A DNA stretch of 61,227 bases from Hydrurus foetidus (taxonomy: Eukaryota), in contig UYFQ01000521.1 in assembly GCA_900617105.1 (NCBI GenBank), positions 1-61,227 of the forward strand, given 5' to 3'. Below the pieces are notes generated by a model that ran no database searches, had not been told where the DNA came from, and was given only the letters and a program-made list of their open reading frames with translations. Position 1 is the first letter of the stretch; every line of letters begins with the position of its first letter. A program made the translations under genes and the position numbers. Of the stretch, positions 37,745-48,900 are shown in pieces.

Positions 37745-38089
37745 TGCTGTGATTAGTGGACTCACAAAGGCATACGTATGTGCCAGTACGGCTGGCCACA
37801 AGCTCCCCACTGTCCTCTCCGACTGCTCTATACTCGTTGCAACTCGTTTGAAAAAGAAGAGGTTCGTATCGGCTACGAGATTGGGTTAATTAGCACTGCT
37901 GCAACGCAGTAGTTATCGGGTTCGGTTGGTAGTTGTTTCAAAGAGTTGGTAGCTAATCTGGTTCAATCGTATGTAGTACGGCACTGCTTTGGAGCAACAC
38001 CGTACGTGTGGTTCAAATATGAAATACAGATAATAGCATCACAATTTGTATACGGAATATCTAGTCTACATAATACTGATATTACTACA
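37745..38089 (-). repeat. Copia-2 5' LTR
   Basis: Direct repeat of 27306-27650; the gag ATG at 37726 follows on the minus strand. Confidence 0.96.
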
Positions 38090-38108
38090 CTCTATACTCT
38101 ATACTCTG

Positions 38109-38643
38109 TGTTCGGTATGAAGTATTAACAGGAGTATATGTTGATGTATAATGGCGTCATGACATCACCTCACTGGTGTAGTGGTTAGCGGAGCGCGCCG
38201 GCCTGCATATACCCTGGGGATCGAGTCCCAAGGTTTTCCTATTTTTACTCACGCTTATGTACGCACCGTTTTTATAATGCGTACGAATCTTTACTTCAAG
38301 ATACGAAAGTGCAAGTCCACGTTTTTACTTTCGTCAACTGACAAGACGAGAGTAGTATGGATGTAGACATGTAGTCAACAGCTAGTCTACCATCGCATAC
38401 TTCTTTATCACGTAACTAAGTTGAGAAGTTTCGACAACTCACAACCTTCCTTCATCCAAGAGGTCTCGTCAAATAGGAAAGCGCGCCTATTTGATCTGAG
38501 ACTCACAGATAAGGACACAGAACACATTTACAAGGATAAAGATTCACTGTTCAATATTTGATCTCACAGCTGAACGTTTACTGAACGAGTAAACGGTGAG
38601 GAATCAAGGGAACGCATTTACGGTTTTCACGAAAAGCCAATCA
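38109..38643 (+). repeat. Copia-3 5' LTR
   Basis: TG...CA direct repeat of 43862-44396. Confidence 0.98.
38167..38237 (+). promoter_or_regulatory. tRNA-like RNA polymerase III internal promoter (A box and B box) in the Copia-3 LTR; second copy at 43920-43990
   Basis: TGGTGTAGTGG at 38174-38184 and GGATCGAGTCC at 38218-38228, 44 nt apart as in tRNA, followed by T4 and T5 runs. The acceptor stem does not pair, so it is not a tRNA gene. Confidence 0.6.
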
Positions 38644-38653
38644 TAAAGAAGTA
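38644..38653 (+). other. Copia-3 PBS position TAAAGAAGTA, complementary to TACTTCTTTA in its own LTR (38398-38407)
   Basis: 10/10 match (11/11 counting the LTR terminal A); directly abuts the 5' LTR. Confidence 0.82.
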
Positions 38654-38727
38654 ACCACCTTAGCGCGATAGCTTCCGCTAAGTCGAAGAGTCCAGAGAGC
38701 ATCTGGCCGCAGAGAGGATCTGCTGAA

Positions 38728-41700
38728 ATGTCCGGACGCGGACAAGAAATGAGAGGGCACCGAAGGTGGGCCGGCCGAGGCCGCGGAGGAAGAGGATTCC
38801 CCCCACCAGCTCGAGATGGGCTGAAGTCAGAGACAAGGTTCACAGGAGCCAATCCAGAGCTCCCATCACTTAACTATGGAGCCGCCCAAAAAGAAAATCG
38901 ACCGATAGAGTTTCTTCAGCTCTTCGGTGAACATTGCGCCATAAACTACAAGGCGATCATCGCTCAAGCATTCTGGACGTCCCCGCCAGAGTTTGGAGAA
39001 GACATCCTTGAGCCAGAAATTCCAGATCCCATCCCAAATACCAACGTTGGCAAGGTTATGATCGCCGACTACACAAATGACAGGAAAGAGTGGAAGGCCG
39101 AAATGAAAAAGACAGAAGACCACAAGAAAGCAATATTCGCATTAGTTTACTCCCAACTAAGCGAATCATCAAGGAGTGAGGTGCAAGATCACGAAGATTG
39201 GGCCGACAACTTCCTAGCAAGGGATCTACTCTATTTAATCACAAGAATCCGGGCTACACACATATCAAGACAAAGTGGAAATCCTGGCCAAGACATGGAG
39301 AGGGTTCGGACCATATGGGCAAATATGAGGATGCAAGCCAATGAAACCAGCTTTGCGTTCAGGAAGCGTGTAGAAGATTATCAGCTTGAAAGGACATCAG
39401 TCGGTCTATTGGAGATTCCCAACGAGGAGCTTGTAATTGGTATCCTCAACCGATTAGACATGGCACGGTACACATCGCTCGTAAGGGACTACTTGGACAA
39501 CGAACGCCGAGGTATCGCTGAGCTCCCCGAGCACCCCGCAACTCTCTGGAAGGAGATCAAAGATACACAAGTAATAAGATTCAGGGGTATCGGCGGAGTG
39601 AATCTCCATGGTGTATACTTGTCGACGACTGATGAGGCAATGGCAGATGAAACTGACCTTGGACGTACTAGTCAGGGCAGAGGACGCGGGAGATCGACAA
39701 GAGGCCGCGGAAGAGGTCAAGGAAGAGGCCAAGGCAGAGGTCAAGGAAGAGGTCAAGGAAGAGGACAGGGCAGACCTGCACCCGAAGCACCCACAAAGTA
39801 CGAACCCATCAAACCAGCAGATATTATTTGCTGGAATTGTGGGAAGAAAGGCCACCGGTCTTCAGCTTGTCCGTTAAAAGTTGTACAGTTCATGGATGCC
39901 ACGGAGGATGCAAGCATTTTTCTCGCCACCATCGAGAGCTTCCGACCAGAACATGAAGACCACATACCAGATGTCCCTGAAGATAAAAACATTGTGTCAG
40001 TGTTTGTGTCGAGAGCAAAGACGGACTACAGTTCAGTGCTGATGCTGGACACACAAGCAAGCATACACTTAATTTCAAATCCAGACTTACTGATCGATGT
40101 GACCACGTCACCTCATGCGATAACAGTACAGGGCATCACAGGAGATCGGACTAAAGTTACCTTGATGGGGAGGATCCAAACAATAGGTATCGATGCATAC
40201 CATGACACAACCGTAGCAGCCAATATTTTAAGCTATCAGAGGTTGCTGCAAACGCACAGCGTCCAATACAGAGAGAGCGACGATACATTTGTTGCCACTC
40301 CATTCGTGCTCGGACCAGTGCTTGTATTCGGGTGCATTAATGGCCACTACATACTCGACTTGACCACAGTGGTGAACACGTACTTCACAAGTGTCAACGA
40401 GAAGGCTGCGAAGTACAGCAAAAGGCAGCTGATCAACGCCAGGAAGGCATATGAGTTCATTATCCGCATGGGCTTTATCAGTTATAAATCAGCCGCAGAA
40501 GTCGTTCAGCGTGGCAGCATCAATGACTTAGGATTCACTCGGTCCGACCTAGTGAACGCACAAGATATATATGGAACACCAGCGGCATATCAGTTGGGAC
40601 AAGGGACACAAAGAAAGAACGCACCAGCAGAAGACGATCCCATACCTTTACACGAATCAGTAGAACAAGAGCTTCAAGTGGACCTCTTCTTCTTCCTAGG
40701 ACAAGCCTTCTTCATTAGCATTTCAGTCCTGCTTGGTCTGATAATGGTAACGCATTTGGGTCCCGGAATCGATCGGAGCAAGGAAGCAAGGGTGTCTCAT
40801 GGCGATGGTGCAAAATCCAAGGCTGGAAGATCATTACTTATGCACATCAACCAATACGCTGCGAAAGGGTTTTCAATTAAACGTGTGACGAGTGATGGCG
40901 AAGCATCCGTTCGAGCTGTACGTTCCGATGTGGAGGCCCTTGGTGTCGAATTGAATATTCTTGGTCATGGGTCCCATACTCCCCATGCTGAAGCTGCTAT
41001 AAGACATATCAAAAATAAAGCAAGGTCAACAATGTACAGTTTACCATATCCGCTACCATCAAAATTGGCAGCTGCATTGATTGCATTCGTCGTGCACACA
41101 GCAAATATGGTTCCAAAAGTCAATGCTGTTGGACACTTACCAGCACATACCGCATTTATGGGAAGAATCCCCAACTTTGCAAAAGATGCTCCACATGCGT
41201 TTGGTACAGCTGGCTTTCTGCAACGAGTACAAGGGCCATTGAGCAATACTGCAGCTCCTCGGGGAGACTACTGCATCTGGCTTGGGACAACCCATAATCT
41301 GGCTGGGACACATCGCTGCTTAAACCTTGATACACTTAGAGAAATCACGGGTGACACATTCAGACCAGCACTATTGACCAACGCAGCCATCCTGCGACTG
41401 TCACAACTGGCAGGTGTAACAAGAACACGCCCTATCTCAAGTGAAGTAGAAGCGCCGCTGCAAAATCCTAATCCTCGCTATGCACTGGATCCGACTCGAG
41501 GGGTAGAGCCAGAGCGAGAGCAGAACGAACAGTTTCCACAGAACGAAATGGTTACTGATATTGTTACTGCAGACTCCTTAGCAAGCGAATCGGCCCCAGT
41601 GGCAGATGGAAGTGGAGAAATGGCTGTTGCAGTCGAGACCATAGAGAGAGCTGTAACATTTGAAGGACTACAGCAAGACATGATCGACGTTGAAAGCGAA

Positions 41701-43623
41701 ACACTTCTTCAAGAGGACAACCAACTGGAGATACAAGAAGAGCTATTGGAGATCCCTGACAGAACAGTCACACAAGCTGCAGAGCTGGTCACTGTGAGGA
41801 ATACCATCAACAAAGGGTACAATCTCAGAGCATCAACTCGAGACAAGCATGTCTATTCAACGTTCTCTATTCAAGCTGCAAGAAAAGTGTTTGGAAGAGA
41901 ATTATCAGACAAGGCTACTGATGAAGAGTTGCGAATGTGCATTAAGAAAGATGTGTGGGAATACCTTGAGCCAAGTTACATTACAAGAGGTGCGATCCCT
42001 TCCAGAATGTTCCTGACTCCCAAGAAGTTACCTAATGGTGACATTGATAAAATTAAAGGAAGAATTGTGGCAGGAGGCCATAGACAGGATCGATCACTTT
42101 ACGAAGATAATGAAATTTCTTCACCAACAGTGGCCCTCACCTCAGTCATTGCTATGGCTGCACTCGCAGCAAGAGAAGGACATCACGTCATGACACTTGA
42201 TCACAAAGCTGCGTATTTGAATGCGAGCATGGAAGGCCCCCCAGTAGAAATGATGTTGTCACCCGAAGTCAGTGAAATCCTGTGCACCATCGACTCCAAG
42301 TACAGGAGATACATCAGAAAGGACGGGAAGATCGCTGTGCGGCTGAAGAAGGCTCTGTACGGATGTGTACAGAGTGCTGTGCTCTGGTACCGAGAACTTT
42401 CATCAACTCTCGAGCAGTTGGGGTTCCAGAGGAATCCCTACGACATATGTTCGTTTACAAGAATGAGCGATGGTGCAATGGATAAAATACTTGTGTATGT
42501 TGACGACTTATTCATCACCTCAAGTAATACAGACGCTCTGCAGAAGATCGCTGATGCGCTAGGAGCAAAGTATCCGACTGTTACTGTGAAGACAGGACTG
42601 CAGCATGATTTCCTTGGGATACACTGGGACTTTAGCACCAAAGGTCAGGCGGCGTTGTCTATGGAAGGATATGTGAAAGATGTAATCAGTAAATTTCAAG
42701 TCAAGAAGAAGAAGAGCACACCAGCAACTGATAGACTATTCTTAAACGATTCAAACAGCCCTTTGTTGGGGAAAATCAGAAGGGAGTCGTTCCATTCATG
42801 TGTGATGACACTACACTACCTTGCTAAGAGAACAAGGCCCGATATACTAACAGCAGTATCCTTCTGCGCAACTCGAGTCCTGTTCCCAACTGAGGAAGAC
42901 TCCAAGAAGCTGGACAGGATATTAGGCTTCCTACTCGGTACTCAACATCAGCAACTTATACTCAAGATTGGGAGCAAGCTGCAGCTGAGAGCCTATGTTG
43001 ATTCATCATTTGGAGTATACGAAGATGGGAAGTCAGTGACAGGAATTGTGATAATGTTAGGAGGAGCAACCATATATGTCAAGAGTTCTAAGCAAAAGAT
43101 CGTTACCAGGTCATCCACTGAATCGGAACTCGTCGGTATATCGGACGCTTTGTCTCAGATACTGTGGTCGAGGGAGTTTCTTCTTCAGCAAGGATTGTCT
43201 CTTGGACCAGCTGTGATATATCAGGACAACCAAAGCACTATATTTCTTGCGAGTAAGGGCAGATCTACAAGTGACAGAAGCAGACATATTAAAATTAGAT
43301 ATTTTTTCGTGTCACACTACATCGAAACCAAAGAAATTGTGGTCGATTATTTACCGACAGCAGAGATGGTCGCAGATATTTTGACGAAGCCCCTGCATGG
43401 TTCATTATTTTTGAAGTTCGCTGCTGCTATGACTGGGGCACCCGAAGCTGTGGGACTAGTTGAAAGTCCCAAAAGAAAACATCTGCAACACCCAGAGCCA
43501 CTGCAAAATCCCAAGTTCCAATCGCTGCATACCCCAGAACCAGTAGAAATTCCCAAGAGACAACTGCTGCAGAATGGATCGGACTGTACACGCCAGCTAT
43601 CTACTTCACAACTGCAGCTATAA
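38728..43623 (+). CDS. Copia-3 gag-pol polyprotein (1631 aa)
   Basis: Zinc knuckle CWNCGKKGHRSSAC, PR MLDTQAS, IN (LQVDLFF, TSDGE, AEAAIR), RT (KGRIVAGG, KALYG, YVDD), RNase H (YVDSS, TESE, YQDN, ADILTK). Confidence 0.98.
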   Translation: MSGRGQEMRGHRRWAGRGRGGRGFPPPARDGLKSETRFTGANPELPSLNYGAAQKENRPIEFLQLFGEHCAINYKAIIAQAFWTSPPEFGEDILEPEIPDPIPNTNVGKVMIADYTNDRKEWKAEMKKTEDHKKAIFALVYSQLSESSRSEVQDHEDWADNFLARDLLYLITRIRATHISRQSGNPGQDMERVRTIWANMRMQANETSFAFRKRVEDYQLERTSVGLLEIPNEELVIGILNRLDMARYTSLVRDYLDNERRGIAELPEHPATLWKEIKDTQVIRFRGIGGVNLHGVYLSTTDEAMADETDLGRTSQGRGRGRSTRGRGRGQGRGQGRGQGRGQGRGQGRPAPEAPTKYEPIKPADIICWNCGKKGHRSSACPLKVVQFMDATEDASIFLATIESFRPEHEDHIPDVPEDKNIVSVFVSRAKTDYSSVLMLDTQASIHLISNPDLLIDVTTSPHAITVQGITGDRTKVTLMGRIQTIGIDAYHDTTVAANILSYQRLLQTHSVQYRESDDTFVATPFVLGPVLVFGCINGHYILDLTTVVNTYFTSVNEKAAKYSKRQLINARKAYEFIIRMGFISYKSAAEVVQRGSINDLGFTRSDLVNAQDIYGTPAAYQLGQGTQRKNAPAEDDPIPLHESVEQELQVDLFFFLGQAFFISISVLLGLIMVTHLGPGIDRSKEARVSHGDGAKSKAGRSLLMHINQYAAKGFSIKRVTSDGEASVRAVRSDVEALGVELNILGHGSHTPHAEAAIRHIKNKARSTMYSLPYPLPSKLAAALIAFVVHTANMVPKVNAVGHLPAHTAFMGRIPNFAKDAPHAFGTAGFLQRVQGPLSNTAAPRGDYCIWLGTTHNLAGTHRCLNLDTLREITGDTFRPALLTNAAILRLSQLAGVTRTRPISSEVEAPLQNPNPRYALDPTRGVEPEREQNEQFPQNEMVTDIVTADSLASESAPVADGSGEMAVAVETIERAVTFEGLQQDMIDVESETLLQEDNQLEIQEELLEIPDRTVTQAAELVTVRNTINKGYNLRASTRDKHVYSTFSIQAARKVFGRELSDKATDEELRMCIKKDVWEYLEPSYITRGAIPSRMFLTPKKLPNGDIDKIKGRIVAGGHRQDRSLYEDNEISSPTVALTSVIAMAALAAREGHHVMTLDHKAAYLNASMEGPPVEMMLSPEVSEILCTIDSKYRRYIRKDGKIAVRLKKALYGCVQSAVLWYRELSSTLEQLGFQRNPYDICSFTRMSDGAMDKILVYVDDLFITSSNTDALQKIADALGAKYPTVTVKTGLQHDFLGIHWDFSTKGQAALSMEGYVKDVISKFQVKKKKSTPATDRLFLNDSNSPLLGKIRRESFHSCVMTLHYLAKRTRPDILTAVSFCATRVLFPTEEDSKKLDRILGFLLGTQHQQLILKIGSKLQLRAYVDSSFGVYEDGKSVTGIVIMLGGATIYVKSSKQKIVTRSSTESELVGISDALSQILWSREFLLQQGLSLGPAVIYQDNQSTIFLASKGRSTSDRSRHIKIRYFFVSHYIETKEIVVDYLPTAEMVADILTKPLHGSLFLKFAAAMTGAPEAVGLVESPKRKHLQHPEPLQNPKFQSLHTPEPVEIPKRQLLQNGSDCTRQLSTSQLQL

Positions 43624-43861
43624 CCGTCTTGCTCACCGTGGCCACAGTGCTTCCGACGGTATATATACAAGAAGTGTGCAGCCTTCTATTGTGGATTAAA
43701 TTGTGTCGATTGCTGAGAAGTGCGCAGCGTCGAGCTCGCGATTTGTGCCAAGAATTTGCGTTTTCGATCATGAGAGCCATCAATTTTTTTTTTTAGACCC
43801 CCCCTCGCCAGCACCATGAATTTTCGAATAATCTTGGAAAGCTACGCCGCATTAAGGGGTA

Positions 43862-44396
43862 TGTTCGGTATGAAGTATTAACAGGAGTATATGTTGATGT
43901 ATAATGGCGTCATGACATCAACTCACTGGTGTAGTGGTTAGCGGAGCGCGCCGGCCTGCATATACCCTGGGGATCGAGTCCCAAGGTTTTCCTATTTTTA
44001 CTCACGCTTATGTACGCACCGTTTTTATAATGCGTACGAATCTTTACTTCAAGATACGAAAGTGCAAGTCCACGTTTTTACTTTCGTCAACTGACAAGAC
44101 GAGAGTAGTATGGATGTAGACATGTAGTCAACAGCTAGTCTACCATCGCATACTTCTTTATCACGTAACTAAGTTGAGAAGTTTCGACAACTCACAACCT
44201 TCCTTCATCCAAGAGGTCTCGTCAAATAGGAAAGCGCGCCTATTTGATCTGAGACTCACAGATAAGGACACAGAACACATTTACAAGGATAAAGATTCAC
44301 TGTTCAATATTTGATCTCACAGCTGAACGTTTACTGAACGAGTAAACGGTGAGGAATCAAGGGAACGCATTTACGGTTTTCACGAAAAGCCAATCA
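43862..44396 (+). repeat. Copia-3 3' LTR
   Basis: TG...CA direct repeat of 38109-38643. Confidence 0.98.
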
Positions 44397-44505
44397 CTCT
44401 GTACTCCTCCATCTTCCAACCTTCAATCTTCATCATCTGTAATACCCATCATATGCAATTCTGTGCACTAAAACTTCACGCAATCTTATCCTTCTGAGAG
44501 AAACC

Positions 44506-45690
44506 ATGAATGTCATCAAGGAGATAGAGCGCATAAATGCTAATGAATTTGCGTCTGGTATAATCGGCGGAATCGTGAAGGGCTCATGGCATGAAAAGTA
44601 TAGAGATAGTGCGTGGGTTTACATTGGTGGAATGACTTTTGAATTGTCCGAGGGTGACATTTTATGTGTGATGTCTCAGTGGGGAGAGGTTGAGGACATT
44701 AATCTCGTTCGAGATAAGGCCACTAATAAATCGCTCGGATACGCTTTCGTCAAGTACGAGGACCAGCGCAGTACAATTTTAGCTGTTGACAATTTCAATG
44801 GCATTAAGCTTCTGGGGCGCACCCTAAGATGTGACCACGTCGATAAGTATAAGCTCTCGAAGGACGTCAGAAAGAGGGAAGAGGACAAGTTAGATGATGA
44901 TCCAGAAGCAGAGCCCGATGTTGGTCCGGGTCATGCGTACAACGACCAGGAGATGGCAAATGCTTATTCCATTAGTTCAGGACCCGATGTTTGGGCTCCC
45001 GTGAGATCTGAGCAATCATCAAGCTCCTCAGGAAAAAATGAAAATGATATCTACAATCATAAAAAGCACGGCAGCGAAGGGAAGCTCACTTCGAAAAAAG
45101 AGAAGAAAGTTAAGAAACACAGTAAAGAGCCGAAAGATAGCCACAAACGAAAGCATGAAAGACGATCAAGTCCAAAAGTGACTGGAGATAGTAGGGACGG
45201 GAAGAGTTCGAATAAATTTAGGGAAGACGCTAGCAGTGATAGAGACAGAAATAGAGACAGAGATAGGGACCGTGGGGACAACGTGAAGGTCGAATCCGTT
45301 AGGCCAATATCAGCGCCTGCGAACAATTCTTCGTCAGCAGCAGCCATGAAGTCGATACTTTCCTCAGGTATTGCTTTCTCATAAATGCATTGAATCATAA
45401 ATGTGAAAATCGATTTGATAACTGATCAGTGCTTTATCTAAGAGTAGATTGTGGCAGATTGTACTTATGCAGACTCGCACTAACTACTATCATGTCAACC
45501 GCTCCTAACTCACTGCTATGCAAATCATTTCACTGCATCTCTAGGCACAGCTGCATCTTGGAGGGGGGTGAAGGACCCTTCCTTGGAGGGGGTAGCAGCA
45601 ATGGGACTGAAGAGGGACTTCAACAAGAGCAGAGAAGGGAACAGAAGAGAAGAATTCGCTGGGATGGGAGGCATGAATCGCACTAGATGA
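44506..45690 (+). CDS. RBMX2: RES-complex RRM splicing factor RBMX2/Snu17(Ist3) homologue, two exons
   Basis: SWHEKYRDSAWVYIGG, SQWGEVEDINLVRDK, YEDQRSTILAVDNFNG and LRCDHV; exons 44506-45367 and 45545-45690. Confidence 0.93.
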
Positions 45691-45932
45691 TGGATATGAG
45701 AGTCTCATACGCATGTCTGCATCTCATCGACTTGTCTCACTCCTCCTTGCATGGTTGGTCATCAAGAACTTTTAGAGGAGTGCGTACCTGCACTCGCACG
45801 TACTTTTTTCCGGCCCATGCGACCATTAGGCTACAAGCAGCAATGACGACTGCATTATCATTGGGTTGACCAGCGTAGTCAAGTAAAGATCAAAATTAAA
45901 GCTTCGGTATTTATTAAAACAAATCACTAATG

Positions 45933-48900
45933 CTATGACGTGTACTGCACAATGGCTGCTTTCAAAGTGGGTAACAGTCGCTGATGGTAGGCCCAGTGCT
46001 GCAGCACACTCACAGCAACACCGGGCGATACGGTGAGGGCCGTTGCATCATGTTGCTGCGTTTCAGTGACAGACATGTCAGGGGAGGAAGAGGGAAAGGA
46101 TCCAGATGAAGGTTGTACAGCAGTGTAAGAGAACAGAGAAGCGCGGCAGTATAAAGTGGATGGAGCGTCTCTATCGTGACTCCCAATCTTTTTACCGTAT
46201 AGCCAATTATTTAGTGCTTGATTAAGGTATCTTCTGTGTGCATCGGATCTTGGATCTTCAAGAGTGGAATCTGAGAGCGTTTGCAGAATAGAAGAGGTTG
46301 ACTTTCCGCGCGTTCCTAAAAACTTATTACTTTTCGCTGTTTTCAGTCCGCAATACAGTGACGGTCGCAGCAGCACCAGAACTTGGGTCGGATTCTGATC
46401 GTCATCATCGTCCGCACAACCCTGAGGCACATCAGCGGAGTGCGCGCACGAACATTTAGCACCGTACGCTACATGCGACAGGCAAGGCAGTGTGATGGAA
46501 TTGTCCACACCGTGATTGTGGCTTCCTTCCCCCTTCCTCTTCACGCAGATCGAATCAGCCGCAAGACATGTACCGCTGCTGCGTGATACATCCCCTATAT
46601 TTCCCGTGCTAACTAAATCCAACATATCAACAATAATGACCCTCTTCCTCTGCCTTCTTTTCAATCCGGTGGGTAGGAGATTTATTAAATTGCGAATCCA
46701 AAGTGAATCACTACTTTCAATTTCCGCCCCATTCCCTTCGTCTACGGTCACATCCTTCAGAGTTTCCATTTTCAAAGAAGGAACTGAAGATTGGTCCAGA
46801 AGACTGCTGCATTCATTGTCTTCAGAAAGCAGCGGAATACCTTTGACAAGATTTAGAGCAGGATCTGTGAGTAACTCTATCAAGGCTAAGAGCACCTGAT
46901 GTTCCGAGGGCGCTGCCATGCGTCTGCTGGCCATCGAGAGGGTGAGTTGCTCTTGAGTGATAGTGGCGCTGGTCCCGTCCTTGAACACCAGCGACAGAGT
47001 CGGCTGAATGATGCACTTTGACTTACACAGTGTCCTCGCCTGTGAATTATCAGCAGTCACTGGATCACCAATATTATCAGTTTCACTTTTCACATGGGGT
47101 GCTTTTCTTTTTTTCGATATTTTACTTCCGTTGAGAGTTTGAGCGACACTTGAATCAGTGACAGTGGTGTCCTTGTTTTGTGAAGACTCGCTGGCCACTC
47201 TTGACCGCCACAACGTGCACACAGCCGTTTGAATCAGAGTGTGGAAGGTCTCTCTCTGCTCCACCTCGATCTTGATCTCGGATGCGCAGTATGGCAGCCA
47301 CAGGATGGCGTGCATGAGCACTACGCCTTTCGGACCCAAGTCCACACTGCCACTGCTCAAATCTTCTCCACGGCTGCCCTGCGATTTGTCAACCGCTGAT
47401 CTGCCTTCCTTCACTTCTGCTGATACACTGCTTCCTATAGATCCTGTACCTCCACACGCATCAGATTCCAGCACTTTTAGTTTGCTTAAAGATTTGTGAG
47501 GTGCCGTTTTGTTGGACTTTCCGTCCCAGGACCACCCTCCTGCTCTATGCGGCATCAACTTTACAATTCTAGGGGCAGACTGACTAGTATTAGAAGGAGC
47601 ACCAACCGGTCCTGCTGCCAATTGACTAGGACTAGTATTAGTGCTGGTACTAGTTGTGTTGTGACTGTTGGAGGTTATGCTTGGCAGAGAATCCACTGCA
47701 TCGCCCAGCACACCAGCGAGACCATGCGCTATCAAAGCTGCTACAATCTTGCTCTGTAACAATCGTATTTCATATTGGTCAGAAGGGTACTATACTATTG
47801 TATTCATGTGCTGCATCAGTCATAGTCATGTTCTATCGCACACACTGTGTGGTCTAGTGTGACGGAATTTTAACGTAACGTAACGTAACGTAACGCACCG
47901 TGAATTCTGCCGTGCGGCCTAGATTAGCACCCACACATCTTATCCCCATTCTCTCAGCAGCTGTTATAAGAAGAGAATTGATAAAATTGTTTGGAGACGT
48001 GTCAGAAAGGAAAACAGTGACGGCTCAGCGGGGTGGACTCATCACGCAGATATTGACAGGAGAAATACTGGACACATTGATGTTACTTTCTGTATGGAAG
48101 CTGATTAGAGATATACTCATGGGTCAAGTTCACATGAGGGAGAGGAGATACGAGTGAAAGTGGCTGCAATACTGCGCCAGTTCAGAATAATAATGCTTGG
48201 TACGAATTCATTTGTTACAGAAAGACTACGTTAATTAATCACGACCACTCTGCAGTCCGCAGTATACTGTGATGGCAGAAAGTTCGAATTGCATAACATC
48301 AATTGACAAATGCTAGAACAGCAACAGGGGCGCAGACGAATACCTACCGGTTATAGCAGATGCAACCTCCAAATCTGAAGCATCCCGAACAGCACCAAGA
48401 ATGCATATTATACGGTGGCTGCTCGATTCAGATTCACTTGAGGTGTTTGTAGCGTGATTATTCCCAATTCCATTTCGATTTCCGTTCCCATTTTCAATGC
48501 TTCTCCTGCTGCTGCTGTTGCTGCTGACATTTGTCGCACTGGTGTCGACAGTACACACGTCCTCCTGATGGCTGGTATACGTTAGTCCGAATACTGGCAG
48601 CTCATGTGGGTAGTCTTCGTGGAGGAGGAGGATGGTGGTGCGGTGCGACTCACTGTTCAGGTTGAGGGAACGGTTGTATAGTACTGCGAAAGTATCCTCC
48701 AACCGGCTCTTAGTGCTACTATTACTCCTAGCAGCGCTGCTACCCTCACTTCCATCGAGCTGGCTGCCCTCACCACTTTCGTCTATGCACTTTGCAATAT
48801 CATTCACTAGATGTGTCTTTTGTTGACTCTGAGAGCACTTCGACCCGAGCCAGTCAGAATAGGCCACTAAAATGCTCGCTTTGTTCCTCTTTTTTAGTAT

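Larger units (their letters stand above)
27306..38089 (-). mobile_element. Ty1/copia LTR retrotransposon (Copia-2), defective, containing a nested gypsy element
   Basis: 345-bp LTRs at 27306-27650 and 37745-38089; TSD CTCTA at 27301-27305 and 38090-38094; PPT-like CATAGGGGTG; gag zinc knuckle CNNCGKFGHLAYEC, PR LLDTCAG, IN, RT and RNase H (FQDNKS, RTRHID). Confidence 0.96.
38109..44396 (+). mobile_element. Ty1/copia LTR retrotransposon (Copia-3), intact and potentially autonomous
   Basis: 535-bp LTRs at 38109-38643 and 43862-44396 (one substitution seen); TSD CTCTG at 38104-38108 and 44397-44401; PPT-like AAGGGGTA; single uninterrupted ORF. Confidence 0.98.

Noticed and set aside
38167..38237. 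Functional tRNA gene
   Set aside because: A and B boxes are present but the acceptor and anticodon stems do not pair; kept only as a tRNA-like promoter.
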